IMG/VR virus record: IMGVR_UViG_3300028735_000004
Location: 160,001-224,000 of that record
Reading direction: 5' to 3' (one strand)
Source of the DNA: a virus
Lineage: Duplodnaviria; Caudoviricetes
DNA length: 64,000 bases
In this document: piece by piece, positions 27,186 to 36,150 of the stretch
Numbering within the stretch: position 1 is the first letter of the stretch
Layout of the letters: each line of letters starts with the position of its first letter
Translations under genes and position numbers: made by a program
Notes under the pieces: model-generated
Database searches by the model: none
Told to the model about the DNA's origin: nothing
Seen by the model: only the letters and a program-made list of their open reading frames with translations

Positions 27186-28781
27186 TTAAACTGCTTTTGT
27201 TGGTACTGGTGCCGAGGTAGGAGGAGCTGGAGCTGGTGTAGGTGTAGGAGCGACTACTTCGGTAGGCTGTTCTGCTAATTCCTGTTGAACATTTTCTACA
27301 GCAGGTTTTTCGCCATCTAATTTATCTACTAACTCTTTATCTCTAACTTTTTTCTTCATATCTTTTAACTTAACTTCTTGTTCTCTTTGTTGTTTGATTT
27401 TATCTCTTAAAGCTTTTTGTTCTGGAGTTAAGTTTAATTCAGTTTTTTCTCCAAGTAAATCAATTTCAGATACACCTATGGAGCCTCTAAGAGAGGATAA
27501 AATACCTTCGATACGACTATTAACATAAGTAGAAGCTTCTAACATTTTATGTTGAGCTTCGGGTAATGACGGGAAGAATGAAGCTAAACCTAATTTATTT
27601 AACATAGCATCAATTATTGCTAATTGTCTGCTTATTTCTCTATTTTTAAATAAAACATTAACTTCTTCTAATTTATCAATTACATCTTGAATTGTAATAT
27701 CAGAGAAAGCGGCATCAATCAATTCATCAAATTTTGACTTAGGTTCCCTTATCCAGCCTTTTTGTTGCTCTTGTTTTTCAGGAGCTACGGCCGGTTCTAA
27801 ATTCTCTTGTGATTTTACCGGAGCACTTTCATTTAATTGTGCTTCTACAAATAATTCATCATCTTTTTCTAAAGGCAATATTTCTTGTTCTAAAATTATT
27901 TCATCTTCTACTGAATTAAGATCGGTAATACCAGATGTTTCTAAATTATCTATAAAACCAGCAATACCTTCAAAAGATTTTTCTTTTTTATCTTTATCTA
28001 AACCTGGTTCAGTTAAATCAGGGGTATTATTTGGTAATGTTCCTTTACCATCTATTTTACTATCTAACGGTAATGGGCCTTGATTTGCGTTAAAATTGCC
28101 GGGGGTATTTTGTGATAATTTATAAACAAAATCTGCAGATTTTATAAATCCTTGATTTTTTAAAATATTTGATTGTCTTATAATTAAATCATTATAAATG
28201 GAATTGGCAAAACTATTTTTATTTACTATTTGTATTTGTTTTTTTAATTCATAAATAGAATTTAATAATTTTTCAAACTCTGAACCAGCAAAAATTTGAC
28301 CATCTTGAGAAGATAATAATTTTTCAGCAGAATGTAATCTTCCTAAAATTTTTCTGCGCTGCTCTTCTATAATTCTTCTTTTTTCTTCTTTATTTAATGC
28401 TTGTTCTTTATTTGAGATTACCGCATTTTTAGCTTCAGTAGAAACATTATTAATATCTTTTAATGGGCTGGGTGGAATAAAAGAAGAAGGTGCAGGATTA
28501 GGTATAAAATAATTAGGTATATCTTCACTTACATAATAATTATTTTGGGCCGTTTTATATTTTAAGTGTTCTTTGCCTTCATAAAATTTCATCCAATTTA
28601 GAAATGCAATTTTCTCTAATTTATCCCAATTTATAGTACATTCATTAACGGCATCATTTTTGGAAGATCCCATATGAATGCGCATATAAACTTGTTTCAT
28701 AACATCTACCCACTTACTTATGTCATAAGCTGGTTTAGATGTTCCTGGATCACTATAGTTTGGATAAGATATTTTATGCAT
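27186..28781 (-). CDS. Hypothetical head-cluster protein (531 aa)
   Basis: KTAQ, LKNQGFIKSAD hairpin motif, acidic linkers and a Pro/Ala tail. Confidence 0.7.
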   Translation of the reverse strand: MHKISYPNYSDPGTSKPAYDISKWVDVMKQVYMRIHMGSSKNDAVNECTINWDKLEKIAFLNWMKFYEGKEHLKYKTAQNNYYVSEDIPNYFIPNPAPSSFIPPSPLKDINNVSTEAKNAVISNKEQALNKEEKRRIIEEQRRKILGRLHSAEKLLSSQDGQIFAGSEFEKLLNSIYELKKQIQIVNKNSFANSIYNDLIIRQSNILKNQGFIKSADFVYKLSQNTPGNFNANQGPLPLDSKIDGKGTLPNNTPDLTEPGLDKDKKEKSFEGIAGFIDNLETSGITDLNSVEDEIILEQEILPLEKDDELFVEAQLNESAPVKSQENLEPAVAPEKQEQQKGWIREPKSKFDELIDAAFSDITIQDVIDKLEEVNVLFKNREISRQLAIIDAMLNKLGLASFFPSLPEAQHKMLEASTYVNSRIEGILSSLRGSIGVSEIDLLGEKTELNLTPEQKALRDKIKQQREQEVKLKDMKKKVRDKELVDKLDGEKPAVENVQQELAEQPTEVVAPTPTPAPAPPTSAPVPTKAV

Positions 28782-28790
28782 AGCCTTATA

Positions 28791-28809
28791 AATATACTAT
28801 AATATTGTA
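28791..28809 (-). promoter_or_regulatory. Candidate late promoter TACAATA-N5-GTATATT
   Basis: Near match to the recurrent spaced motif, upstream of 27186..28781. Confidence 0.45.
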
Positions 28810-29571
28810 TTAATTATCAGTTTTTTCTAAATTACTTAAAATTTGAGTTTCTAACTGTTTAACTTGCTCTAATCTTTCTTCTACTGGTAAGATATTAATT
28901 GGCGTAGATTTAATTTTTTTAATTTTTTCATTAAATAAATCAATAAATAACATAGATGTATTATAATCTAATTTAGCCAAAATTTCTTTAATTATTTCAT
29001 ATACTACACCTATATGCTGGTCTAATATTTGTATGTTAATATTATTATTTTGCTGTTGTAAAATTTGTTCTTGCGGCTTATTAATAATTTTATCATATTT
29101 TTCAAATACATCAGATAAAGTATTAAACCATTCAATTAAGGTTCTATCCATTTTGGTGTTTCTTGGATTTTCTTGAATAGTATCAAACACTTGTTCGGCA
29201 CGATATTGAATGTTAAATATCATTCTTTTTAATCTGGTATGAATATCAATCTCTTGATTTAAATACTCGGTTAATTTATCTTGATAGTCAGAGTTAGATT
29301 TTATTACTTCTTTTATTTCTTGATCTGGAGTATTTTGTTTTTCATATAATTTTATTATATCTTCTTTAATTTGAGTATAGATATCTAAGTACTCATCTTT
29401 AAATATTTCTAAAGATTTTTCAGAAAACACATATTTTTGTTCTTTATCGTATTTGACCGATAGCCATTCATTAATATCAGATAGCGGAAAACCAAGTAAT
29501 AATTTAGAAATAATCTCATCCCTATCAGGATGAGATAACATATTTTGTACTAACTCTTTATTTTTACTCAT
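28810..29571 (-). CDS. Hypothetical helical protein (small-terminase candidate, weak)
   Basis: N-terminal helical domain HPDRDEIISKLLLG plus coiled coil; no direct homology recognised. Confidence 0.55.
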   Translation of the reverse strand: MSKNKELVQNMLSHPDRDEIISKLLLGFPLSDINEWLSVKYDKEQKYVFSEKSLEIFKDEYLDIYTQIKEDIIKLYEKQNTPDQEIKEVIKSNSDYQDKLTEYLNQEIDIHTRLKRMIFNIQYRAEQVFDTIQENPRNTKMDRTLIEWFNTLSDVFEKYDKIINKPQEQILQQQNNNINIQILDQHIGVVYEIIKEILAKLDYNTSMLFIDLFNEKIKKIKSTPINILPVEERLEQVKQLETQILSNLEKTDN

Positions 29572-29584
29572 AGTACAATATATA

Positions 29585-30283
29585 TCATTTATTCATTCTT
29601 GATTCACGGGTGCTAAAAGTCATTTCTGATGGAGTTCTTTTATCCAAAAGACTTTGATTTTCTGTTGCGCCACCTGGTACTTTATTACCTTTTAAAGTGG
29701 TAAATCCAGTTCTAAAATTATAAACTTTATTATCTAAACTGCAACGCCAAACATCTTCCCCTATTCTTTCTACTTGCAATCCTGGGTGATCTGGGCAGGT
29801 TCTTGTAGATAGTGGGGCCTCAAGAGTAATATATTGTTTCCCAGCTTCGCTTTTCTCTATGGCTTCAACGGCTTCAGAAACTTTACTGTCTTGGTGTTGT
29901 CTATCTAAAGTTTGATTATACTTTTTTTTTAATTCTTCTATTTTATCTTCTTCTGCTTTTTTAAATTGAGCAACGGCATCTTTAGGCGCACCTATTGTTA
30001 ATAATATTTCATCTAAAACTGATGCTATTTTTAATAAATCAGGATCTCCACTATTATCAAAAGCGGTGGCAAGTTGAGCAACTTCATCTAAATCTGATGG
30101 AGCAAGCCCTTGTTCCATTTGCTCTAATTCAGAGGCGCCTTTTCTTAATTCTTCAGCCGCTAAAACTAAACTTTCTGCAACTTTATTTAAAACCTGATCA
30201 TTATCTTCAACACTATTTAAAATTTCATTATCAGGATTTTCTAACCAGCTGGCTAATGCTAATAGTTTTTTATAAGATTTCAT
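29585..30283 (-). CDS. Hypothetical protein with helical-hairpin motif and C/H cluster
   Basis: LATAFDNSGDPDLLKIASVLD; RTCPDHPG...WRCSLD. Confidence 0.7.
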   Translation of the reverse strand: MKSYKKLLALASWLENPDNEILNSVEDNDQVLNKVAESLVLAAEELRKGASELEQMEQGLAPSDLDEVAQLATAFDNSGDPDLLKIASVLDEILLTIGAPKDAVAQFKKAEEDKIEELKKKYNQTLDRQHQDSKVSEAVEAIEKSEAGKQYITLEAPLSTRTCPDHPGLQVERIGEDVWRCSLDNKVYNFRTGFTTLKGNKVPGGATENQSLLDKRTPSEMTFSTRESRMNK

Positions 30284-30642
30284 TTTTTACCTAACTGCAA
30301 AGTTGATTTAATAAAAGTGGTATAAGCATCTTGTATTAACTTAATGTCATTTATTAATTGAGATTTTGTATTTAAATATACGCTATTAAAATCAGGACCA
30401 GGAGGAACATCTTTTTGTTTTCTAATGGTGTTAATAAAATTAGTAATAGATTCTTTATCGTTTTGAAGTTGGCTTAATGAATTATAAAAATTATACAATA
30501 TATATGCCATCTCTAATAATTCATTTCTTTTATCTTTTGTATCCTGAAGTATTGCAATTGGAGGAGGACCGCCTTTAACAGGACTCCATTCTTGTTTTTG
30601 AGCAAGTTTTTTTAAAAATATAACTCTATCTTTAATATTCAA
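30280..30642 (-). CDS. Hypothetical protein
   Basis: 120-aa coupled ORF with KLAQ near the N-terminus. Confidence 0.6.
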   Translation of the reverse strand: MNIKDRVIFLKKLAQKQEWSPVKGGPPPIAILQDTKDKRNELLEMAYILYNFYNSLSQLQNDKESITNFINTIRKQKDVPPGPDFNSVYLNTKSQLINDIKLIQDAYTTFIKSTLQLGKK

Positions 30643-30649
30643 TTGATCC

Positions 30650-32284
30650 TCAAAAAAGAATTTTGCTTGTCATACTTAATGCGCTTCCAGCATCCTCTAT
30701 ATTCTTTCTGTATAATGGAACACAATTACCATTCTTATCTTGATAAACTTTATTTATAGGTAATCCTGTATGACCACAGATTGTTTGTGTGCTATGCGCG
30801 TGTTTAACTTTCATATTACAAGTATTTTGCGGTTTTTCTTTTTGATTTAAACAATCAATATAAGTAGCAAACGCTGATTTATAAGCGTTTTCATATGCAA
30901 ATTTATCCGGAGTATCTTCTGAGGATTTTGCTAAAATAACATTAAGAGCATCTTCTGCTTTCTTTAAATTACCTTCGGCCATTGATTTTTCAACAATATC
31001 AACTAAAGCCCCAGGGTGTAAGGGATATAATGATGATATCGATGATGCCGCTTTATAATCAAACGATAATGAAGTTGATAATCTTGTTAAACCTTCTTTA
31101 TCAAAAGTTTCAATAGATCCGTTTGATACGATAAATGGAGATAATTCAACATTATTTCCACTTATTTTAACAGGAGTAGTAAAAACAACATTATTTGCTT
31201 TTACTGTAAAAGAAACATCATCATCTCCTACATCTGATAATGACATTTGATAATCTTTTATACCTAATTCATTAAGAGCTGATTTTAGAATTTGAGATGC
31301 TTTATTTAAAGCTTGTTTTCCAAATTTAAATTCTGCTATTCCTGCTTTACTATCAAAATGTTTTGCAAAATTTAATATTTCAGTATCTTCATATTTTGGC
31401 AAATCTAAATCTTTTTGTTCTAATTCCGGGATAGAATTATAAACTACATTATTATCAAATAAACTGCCCGATGTTTCAGCTTGGGCATTTAATTTTGAAA
31501 CCGCTAAATCAACACCACTAATAGTATCTTCTTCAAGTGAAGCTAAAGCGTTTAATACTTTTTGTTCATTTACTTTTAATGATGAACCAGCATTAGATAA
31601 TATATAATTTTTAATACTATCTTCTGTTAGTTCTACCGGACCCTCATTTCCTATAAAAACTGAAGGAAATAATGGAGTTTTACCATTCATTTCTACTGGC
31701 AATAATACATTAGTTAAACCTTTAGGAGTTTCAAAAGAAGCTTTGCATAAAATGAAATGATCTTCTTTTCCTCCAACAATCGATACTTCTTTTGGTGATA
31801 TAAGTAATGAATTTAATGAATTAAAACAAACATCAGCGGCTTTTTTAGCCGTAATTGATGAATAAGCTTCTTTTTTAACGCCAAATGCTAAATTTAAAGA
31901 AGATAATAATACCGGGTCTATTACTTTATCATAAATAGAATCTAATGAAGCATCAGCCGAATCATCACTTCTATCATAGATTTTAACTTGATTTTTATTT
32001 TCAACTTGACCTAATTCTTCTGCAAATAATTGAGCAAATTTAGTATTTCTTGAATATAATTTACTATATAAATCTTTAATTTCTGCTCTAGAAATTAGAA
32101 TTTTATTTGAGTTTAACATCATTTTTTTGGTAATTTCTGACATCATACCAATACAATGATCTTCCGGATACTGTTTTGAAGCTCTGGAGAGTTTTTCAAC
32201 AAAAAGCGGCAAAGCTATTTTTTCATTATCTTCTATCATTTTTGATAATGATTCAGCTATTTTTTTAATTTCATTAAAACTCAT
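30650..32284 (-). CDS. Hypothetical head-cluster protein (544 aa)
   Basis: Long ORF with GGTG SD and a C-terminal C/H cluster. Confidence 0.7.
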   Translation of the reverse strand: MSFNEIKKIAESLSKMIEDNEKIALPLFVEKLSRASKQYPEDHCIGMMSEITKKMMLNSNKILISRAEIKDLYSKLYSRNTKFAQLFAEELGQVENKNQVKIYDRSDDSADASLDSIYDKVIDPVLLSSLNLAFGVKKEAYSSITAKKAADVCFNSLNSLLISPKEVSIVGGKEDHFILCKASFETPKGLTNVLLPVEMNGKTPLFPSVFIGNEGPVELTEDSIKNYILSNAGSSLKVNEQKVLNALASLEEDTISGVDLAVSKLNAQAETSGSLFDNNVVYNSIPELEQKDLDLPKYEDTEILNFAKHFDSKAGIAEFKFGKQALNKASQILKSALNELGIKDYQMSLSDVGDDDVSFTVKANNVVFTTPVKISGNNVELSPFIVSNGSIETFDKEGLTRLSTSLSFDYKAASSISSLYPLHPGALVDIVEKSMAEGNLKKAEDALNVILAKSSEDTPDKFAYENAYKSAFATYIDCLNQKEKPQNTCNMKVKHAHSTQTICGHTGLPINKVYQDKNGNCVPLYRKNIEDAGSALSMTSKILF

Positions 32285-32294
32285 TTAATCACCT

Positions 32295-32753
32295 TTAAAG
32301 TAGCTCCGGATATTTTTTACATATTTCTTGTCTTTTATCTTCATTTAATTCTTGAAGTAAAGCTTGAACTAATTTTTTATTTTCTGCTAATTTTTTAGGT
32401 AAATAAGAAATTGTTTTATTAAGCTCTTCTTTAGAAAGGCCTAATTTAGAAGAAGCCATTTTTGTTAAAAACTCCCCTTTATAATTAAATACTAAATCCT
32501 GTGATATTTTGCTTATACCAACCTGCCAATCAGATGCTTCTGATTTCTTTTCTTCAGTATCTTGATATAAGGCAACTATGTAATCGCCATCTTCGGCATT
32601 TTGAATTTGCCATAATTCTTCAAGATTACCATCTTTAAATCTAACTACATCAAATGCTACTTTTTCGATACGATCTTGAACATCAGATAATTTATATCTT
32701 TTTTTATCAACGGCATCTGATAATGTTTGATAATCTAAAGAAAATTTGTTCAT
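32295..32753 (-). CDS. Hypothetical protein, first gene of the structural module
   Basis: GAGG SD; AFDVVRF..LWQI..YIVALY. Confidence 0.7.
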   Translation of the reverse strand: MNKFSLDYQTLSDAVDKKRYKLSDVQDRIEKVAFDVVRFKDGNLEELWQIQNAEDGDYIVALYQDTEEKKSEASDWQVGISKISQDLVFNYKGEFLTKMASSKLGLSKEELNKTISYLPKKLAENKKLVQALLQELNEDKRQEICKKYPELL

Positions 32754-32834
32754 ATAAACCTCAAATATAATTCTTCTAATAAGAAATACAATAATATGTA
32801 TATATTTTATATATTTAATTTAGTTAGATTTTAA

Positions 32835-33281
32835 TTATAACCAGTTTTCATCCCTTAGTTCTGCTATCTTTTTTAAGATTTCTTGAATTTTAGGATCATT
32901 TTGAATTAATTTTTGAATTTTTCGTTTTGCGCCACCATAACTTCTACGACCGTTCTTATAATCAACATTTCCATTTAAACACTTAGTAATAGAGCTTTGA
33001 TTAACGCCTAATTTTTTAGCAATCTCTTGTTGAGTATATCCATTTGAATATAACTTTAAAACTTCTTTCTGTCTTGTAGTTAATTGTGTCTCAACTATTC
33101 TCCAGAACTCCTGTCTTAACTGTTCCTCTAATTCAGATACCTGTTCGTTATAAGAAAATGGATTTAACCTCTTATATATACTATCCTCATTAGAAAATGC
33201 TTCCAACATTTCGTGTGGGCAAGAAGTTTCTACAATTAAATGTTGATATTTTTCACTTCTATTTGGGCGACGATCTGACAC
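32835..33281 (-). CDS. Stand-alone sigma70 region-4/LuxR-like HTH regulator
   Basis: LTTRQKEVLKLYSNGYTQQEIAKKLGVNQSSI; no region 2 visible; GTG start with GGAG SD. Confidence 0.75.
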   Translation of the reverse strand: MSDRRPNRSEKYQHLIVETSCPHEMLEAFSNEDSIYKRLNPFSYNEQVSELEEQLRQEFWRIVETQLTTRQKEVLKLYSNGYTQQEIAKKLGVNQSSITKCLNGNVDYKNGRRSYGGAKRKIQKLIQNDPKIQEILKKIAELRDENWL

Positions 33282-33368
33282 ATTAACTCCTAATATATAA
33301 AATTATATAATGTTATATATCTGATATAATTTAAAATTGCTATAAATTATAGATAAATATAAATTATA

Positions 33369-34127
33369 TTAGGAGATAAAATCCAATTTGCCACCATCTT
33401 TTAAAAATTCATCAATATCTTTATAGCCGTCTGGAATAAATATTTGTTTTATATTAAAAATATTTTTATATCTTTTAATAATCTTATCCCTTCCTTTTAT
33501 CCCAGCAGGATCATTATCTAACATTATTTTTATATTATCGGTATATCTCAATAAAAGAGCGGCCTGGCTTTCGGTAAATGACGCTGAACCCAAAGCAACT
33601 ACATTTTTTATACCATAATCAACACAGGTAATACAATCAAATTGTCCTTCAACTATAATAGCGCAATTTTCTTTTATTATATCGTATTTATTGTCAAATA
33701 AACCAAATAAATGCTTTCCTTTATCAAAGAAAGTATTTTTGTATTTAGAAATATTTAAATCTTCTCTTTCTGAATCAGATAATAAAGTTCTACCAACCAT
33801 AGCAATTATTTCACCATATACATCTTTATATGGCATAACCAAATTGTGGTACTGTAAGATAGGCTGAATTACCTCAAAAGATTGTCCTGCATCAAATATT
33901 TTTTTATTATAGACTAACTCTGTATCAAATAAAATTTTATTATCGATGATGCCATCTAAAACATTTAAGTTATTTAAATCTGGAAAATATCCTAATTGAA
34001 ATTTTAATTGAGCTTCTTTAGATATTCTATGATCTACATAATCTAAGAATTGTTTGGCTGGCAAAAAATTGTTTAATAAATTAGAGCAAATATTAATAAT
34101 TTGATCAAATTTCTGAGTTCTTAACAT
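33369..34127 (-). CDS. dnaG: DnaG-type primase catalytic core (Toprim), lacking the Zn-binding domain
   Basis: VGRTL..KYKNT..LFGL, IIVEGQFD, VVALGS, MLDNDPAG, KDIDE. Confidence 0.85.
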   Translation of the reverse strand: MLRTQKFDQIINICSNLLNNFLPAKQFLDYVDHRISKEAQLKFQLGYFPDLNNLNVLDGIIDNKILFDTELVYNKKIFDAGQSFEVIQPILQYHNLVMPYKDVYGEIIAMVGRTLLSDSEREDLNISKYKNTFFDKGKHLFGLFDNKYDIIKENCAIIVEGQFDCITCVDYGIKNVVALGSASFTESQAALLLRYTDNIKIMLDNDPAGIKGRDKIIKRYKNIFNIKQIFIPDGYKDIDEFLKDGGKLDFIS

Positions 34128-34437
34128 TTTGTTTTAACATATTTAAATATATCTTACTTACATTTAAATCTTTTTTACAATATTTACAAACGCACTTATC
34201 GTTATCAATAATTGGAGTTCCACTTTTATTACAAGAATTACATTTTATAGCAAAACTTTCTTTAGAAGAACTTTTGATTATTTCTCCCATACTTTTCATT
34301 TGTCTTTTTGTAAAGTCAGAAACTCCGGATATTGGATTACCGCATTCACCACAAATTACTTCATTTGTTTCTGGATTTAATAATGAATTTTGTATTTTAA
34401 AACATCCTTTATTTGTACAATTTAATAAAAATGGCAT
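34105..34437 (-). CDS. Double Zn-ribbon protein
   Basis: C..C, CxxC, CxxC and CxxC pairs. Confidence 0.65.
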   Translation of the reverse strand: MPFLLNCTNKGCFKIQNSLLNPETNEVICGECGNPISGVSDFTKRQMKSMGEIIKSSSKESFAIKCNSCNKSGTPIIDNDKCVCKYCKKDLNVSKIYLNMLKQNVKNSEI

Positions 34438-35417
34438 TATTGTTCCTGTTGTGATAAAAATGTTATTAACTTATTAAGATCAGATGGATATTCTACATTT
34501 AATATAAATCTATGACAACCTTTGGTATTCTTTACTCCACATCCAGGTATAGTAACTTCATCCTTGTTCTTGACGCCCGCTTTAATTTCTAAAGTTTTTT
34601 TACCATAAACTGTATCTACTTCCCTGACGGTTCCTCTTAAAGCGTCTAATAAATTTATAGATAGTTCTGATACGACATCTTGATTTACCAAAGTCATATT
34701 TTTATATGGATCTACTTTTATATTAACAAACAAATCAGTATATGAAGATTGATTAAAGAAATTTGACTTACCTGCAAAATTACCTCCTCCGGCTATCCTT
34801 AAAGTAGAATTATCGCTAATTCCAGGAGGAATGTTAATTTTACCATTAACATTCATTTCTTGTGTACCAATCCCATCACATTTTTTACATATCTCTTTTT
34901 TTACCGATCTACCAAAACATTTATTACAGGTCATAACGGAAACCATCCCTCCCATTTGTCTTGTTATTCGACCAAAACCATTACACTCAGTACATCCATT
35001 ACTTATTAATTTATGACCCTCTCCATTGCAAACTTCACATTCAACTTCTCTATTATATGAAATATTTTTTTCACATCCTAAAATGGATTCCTGAAAAGAA
35101 ATTCTTATACTTAAAGAAGGTATTGATACATTTCTTCTAACATCACTATGAAAAAATGGATTTTGATTTCCAAAAAAATCAGAAAAAATATCATTATAAT
35201 TAATATGCTGATTGTAATCGTGGCTGAATATATTGGGATTTTTTCTATATTCCTGAACATATTGGTAGGCTTCATTAATTAATTTTAATTTATTTGGATC
35301 TTCTTTATAAACATCTGGATGATATTTTTTAACATATTCTTTATGTTTTTTCTTTAAATCCTCATCTGAAATATCAGCTGATACTCCAAGTATTTTATAA
35401 GCTTCATTTATATTCAT
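34437..35417 (-). CDS. dnaJ: DnaJ chaperone
   Basis: J-domain with HPD, four CxxCxGx[G/S] repeats and a C-terminal IPPG...GCG domain. Confidence 0.92.
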   Translation of the reverse strand: MNINEAYKILGVSADISDEDLKKKHKEYVKKYHPDVYKEDPNKLKLINEAYQYVQEYRKNPNIFSHDYNQHINYNDIFSDFFGNQNPFFHSDVRRNVSIPSLSIRISFQESILGCEKNISYNREVECEVCNGEGHKLISNGCTECNGFGRITRQMGGMVSVMTCNKCFGRSVKKEICKKCDGIGTQEMNVNGKINIPPGISDNSTLRIAGGGNFAGKSNFFNQSSYTDLFVNIKVDPYKNMTLVNQDVVSELSINLLDALRGTVREVDTVYGKKTLEIKAGVKNKDEVTIPGCGVKNTKGCHRFILNVEYPSDLNKLITFLSQQEQ

Positions 35418-35944
35418 TTCTTACCCTCAATTAATTTCAAAGCAAAAGCTAAACCGCACGCTATTCCATCAGCAGTATCATAATTCTCTTCTCGCTCTTT
35501 GCCATTTTTATTTAATTCTTTTTTTAAAGTAATTTTTAATCTTTCTTCAATTATGCTCGGAATTTCTGATTTATCTGGTAATTTTTTAGATAATTTTATT
35601 TTATGTCTAATTGATAATACATTTAACATATTAGGGTTTCTTCCAGTATAATCATAACAATATTGTCCAACAAAACGATTAAATATTGCCAACTGTATTA
35701 TGGTGTTTGCTGAGCTTTTACCTGGCATATACTTACTAATTTCTTCAATAGCAATATGATCTGGATTATACTTATCTAATATTTTTGATAAATCTAATCT
35801 CATTTTAGATAATCTTTCAAAAACAGAGCCTTTTTTAGAAGGTTTAAAATAACCATAATCTAACAATTTTATCTTATCATTAATTACTTCTAATACTCCC
35901 CAGCCAACTGTTGTTGAAGAAGCATCTATACCTAATATAATCAT
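35414..35944 (-). CDS. RuvC-like Holliday junction resolvase
   Basis: ILGIDAS, IAIEE, DTADGIA. Confidence 0.8.
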   Translation of the reverse strand: MIILGIDASSTTVGWGVLEVINDKIKLLDYGYFKPSKKGSVFERLSKMRLDLSKILDKYNPDHIAIEEISKYMPGKSSANTIIQLAIFNRFVGQYCYDYTGRNPNMLNVLSIRHKIKLSKKLPDKSEIPSIIEERLKITLKKELNKNGKEREENYDTADGIACGLAFALKLIEGKK

Positions 35945-35978
35945 AATAAGAAATATAACTTAATATATTTTTTATTAC

Positions 35979-36007
35979 AAAAACAAAAGCCCTCCGATCT
36001 GGAGGGC
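35979..36007 (-). terminator. Rho-independent terminator
   Basis: Stem GCCCTCC-AGATC-GGAGGGC followed by TTTTGTTTTT on the minus strand. Confidence 0.85.
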
Positions 36008-36039
36008 CTCTGCCTAATTACTATAATAATTATGTAGCG

Positions 36040-36150
36040 AATATTCCGAAAATCTGATCCGCGCAGTTTGTTAGTTATTTATAAGCCGATTATAATTAAT
36101 ATAATCTATAATTGCTAACAACAATTACTTATAAATATTTCGGATTAACC
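36040..36150 (-). ncRNA. Candidate structured RNA / 3' element downstream of the SSB gene
   Basis: Nested complementary segments: TCCGAAA/TTTCGGA (36045-51/36138-44), TTGTTAG/CTAACAA (36068-74/36115-21), TTATA/TATAA and GATTATA/TATAATC. No ORF. Confidence 0.35.

Noticed and set aside
28810-29571. Firm small-terminase assignment
   Set aside because: Only general helical character supports it and the gene is not adjacent to TerL; kept as hypothetical.
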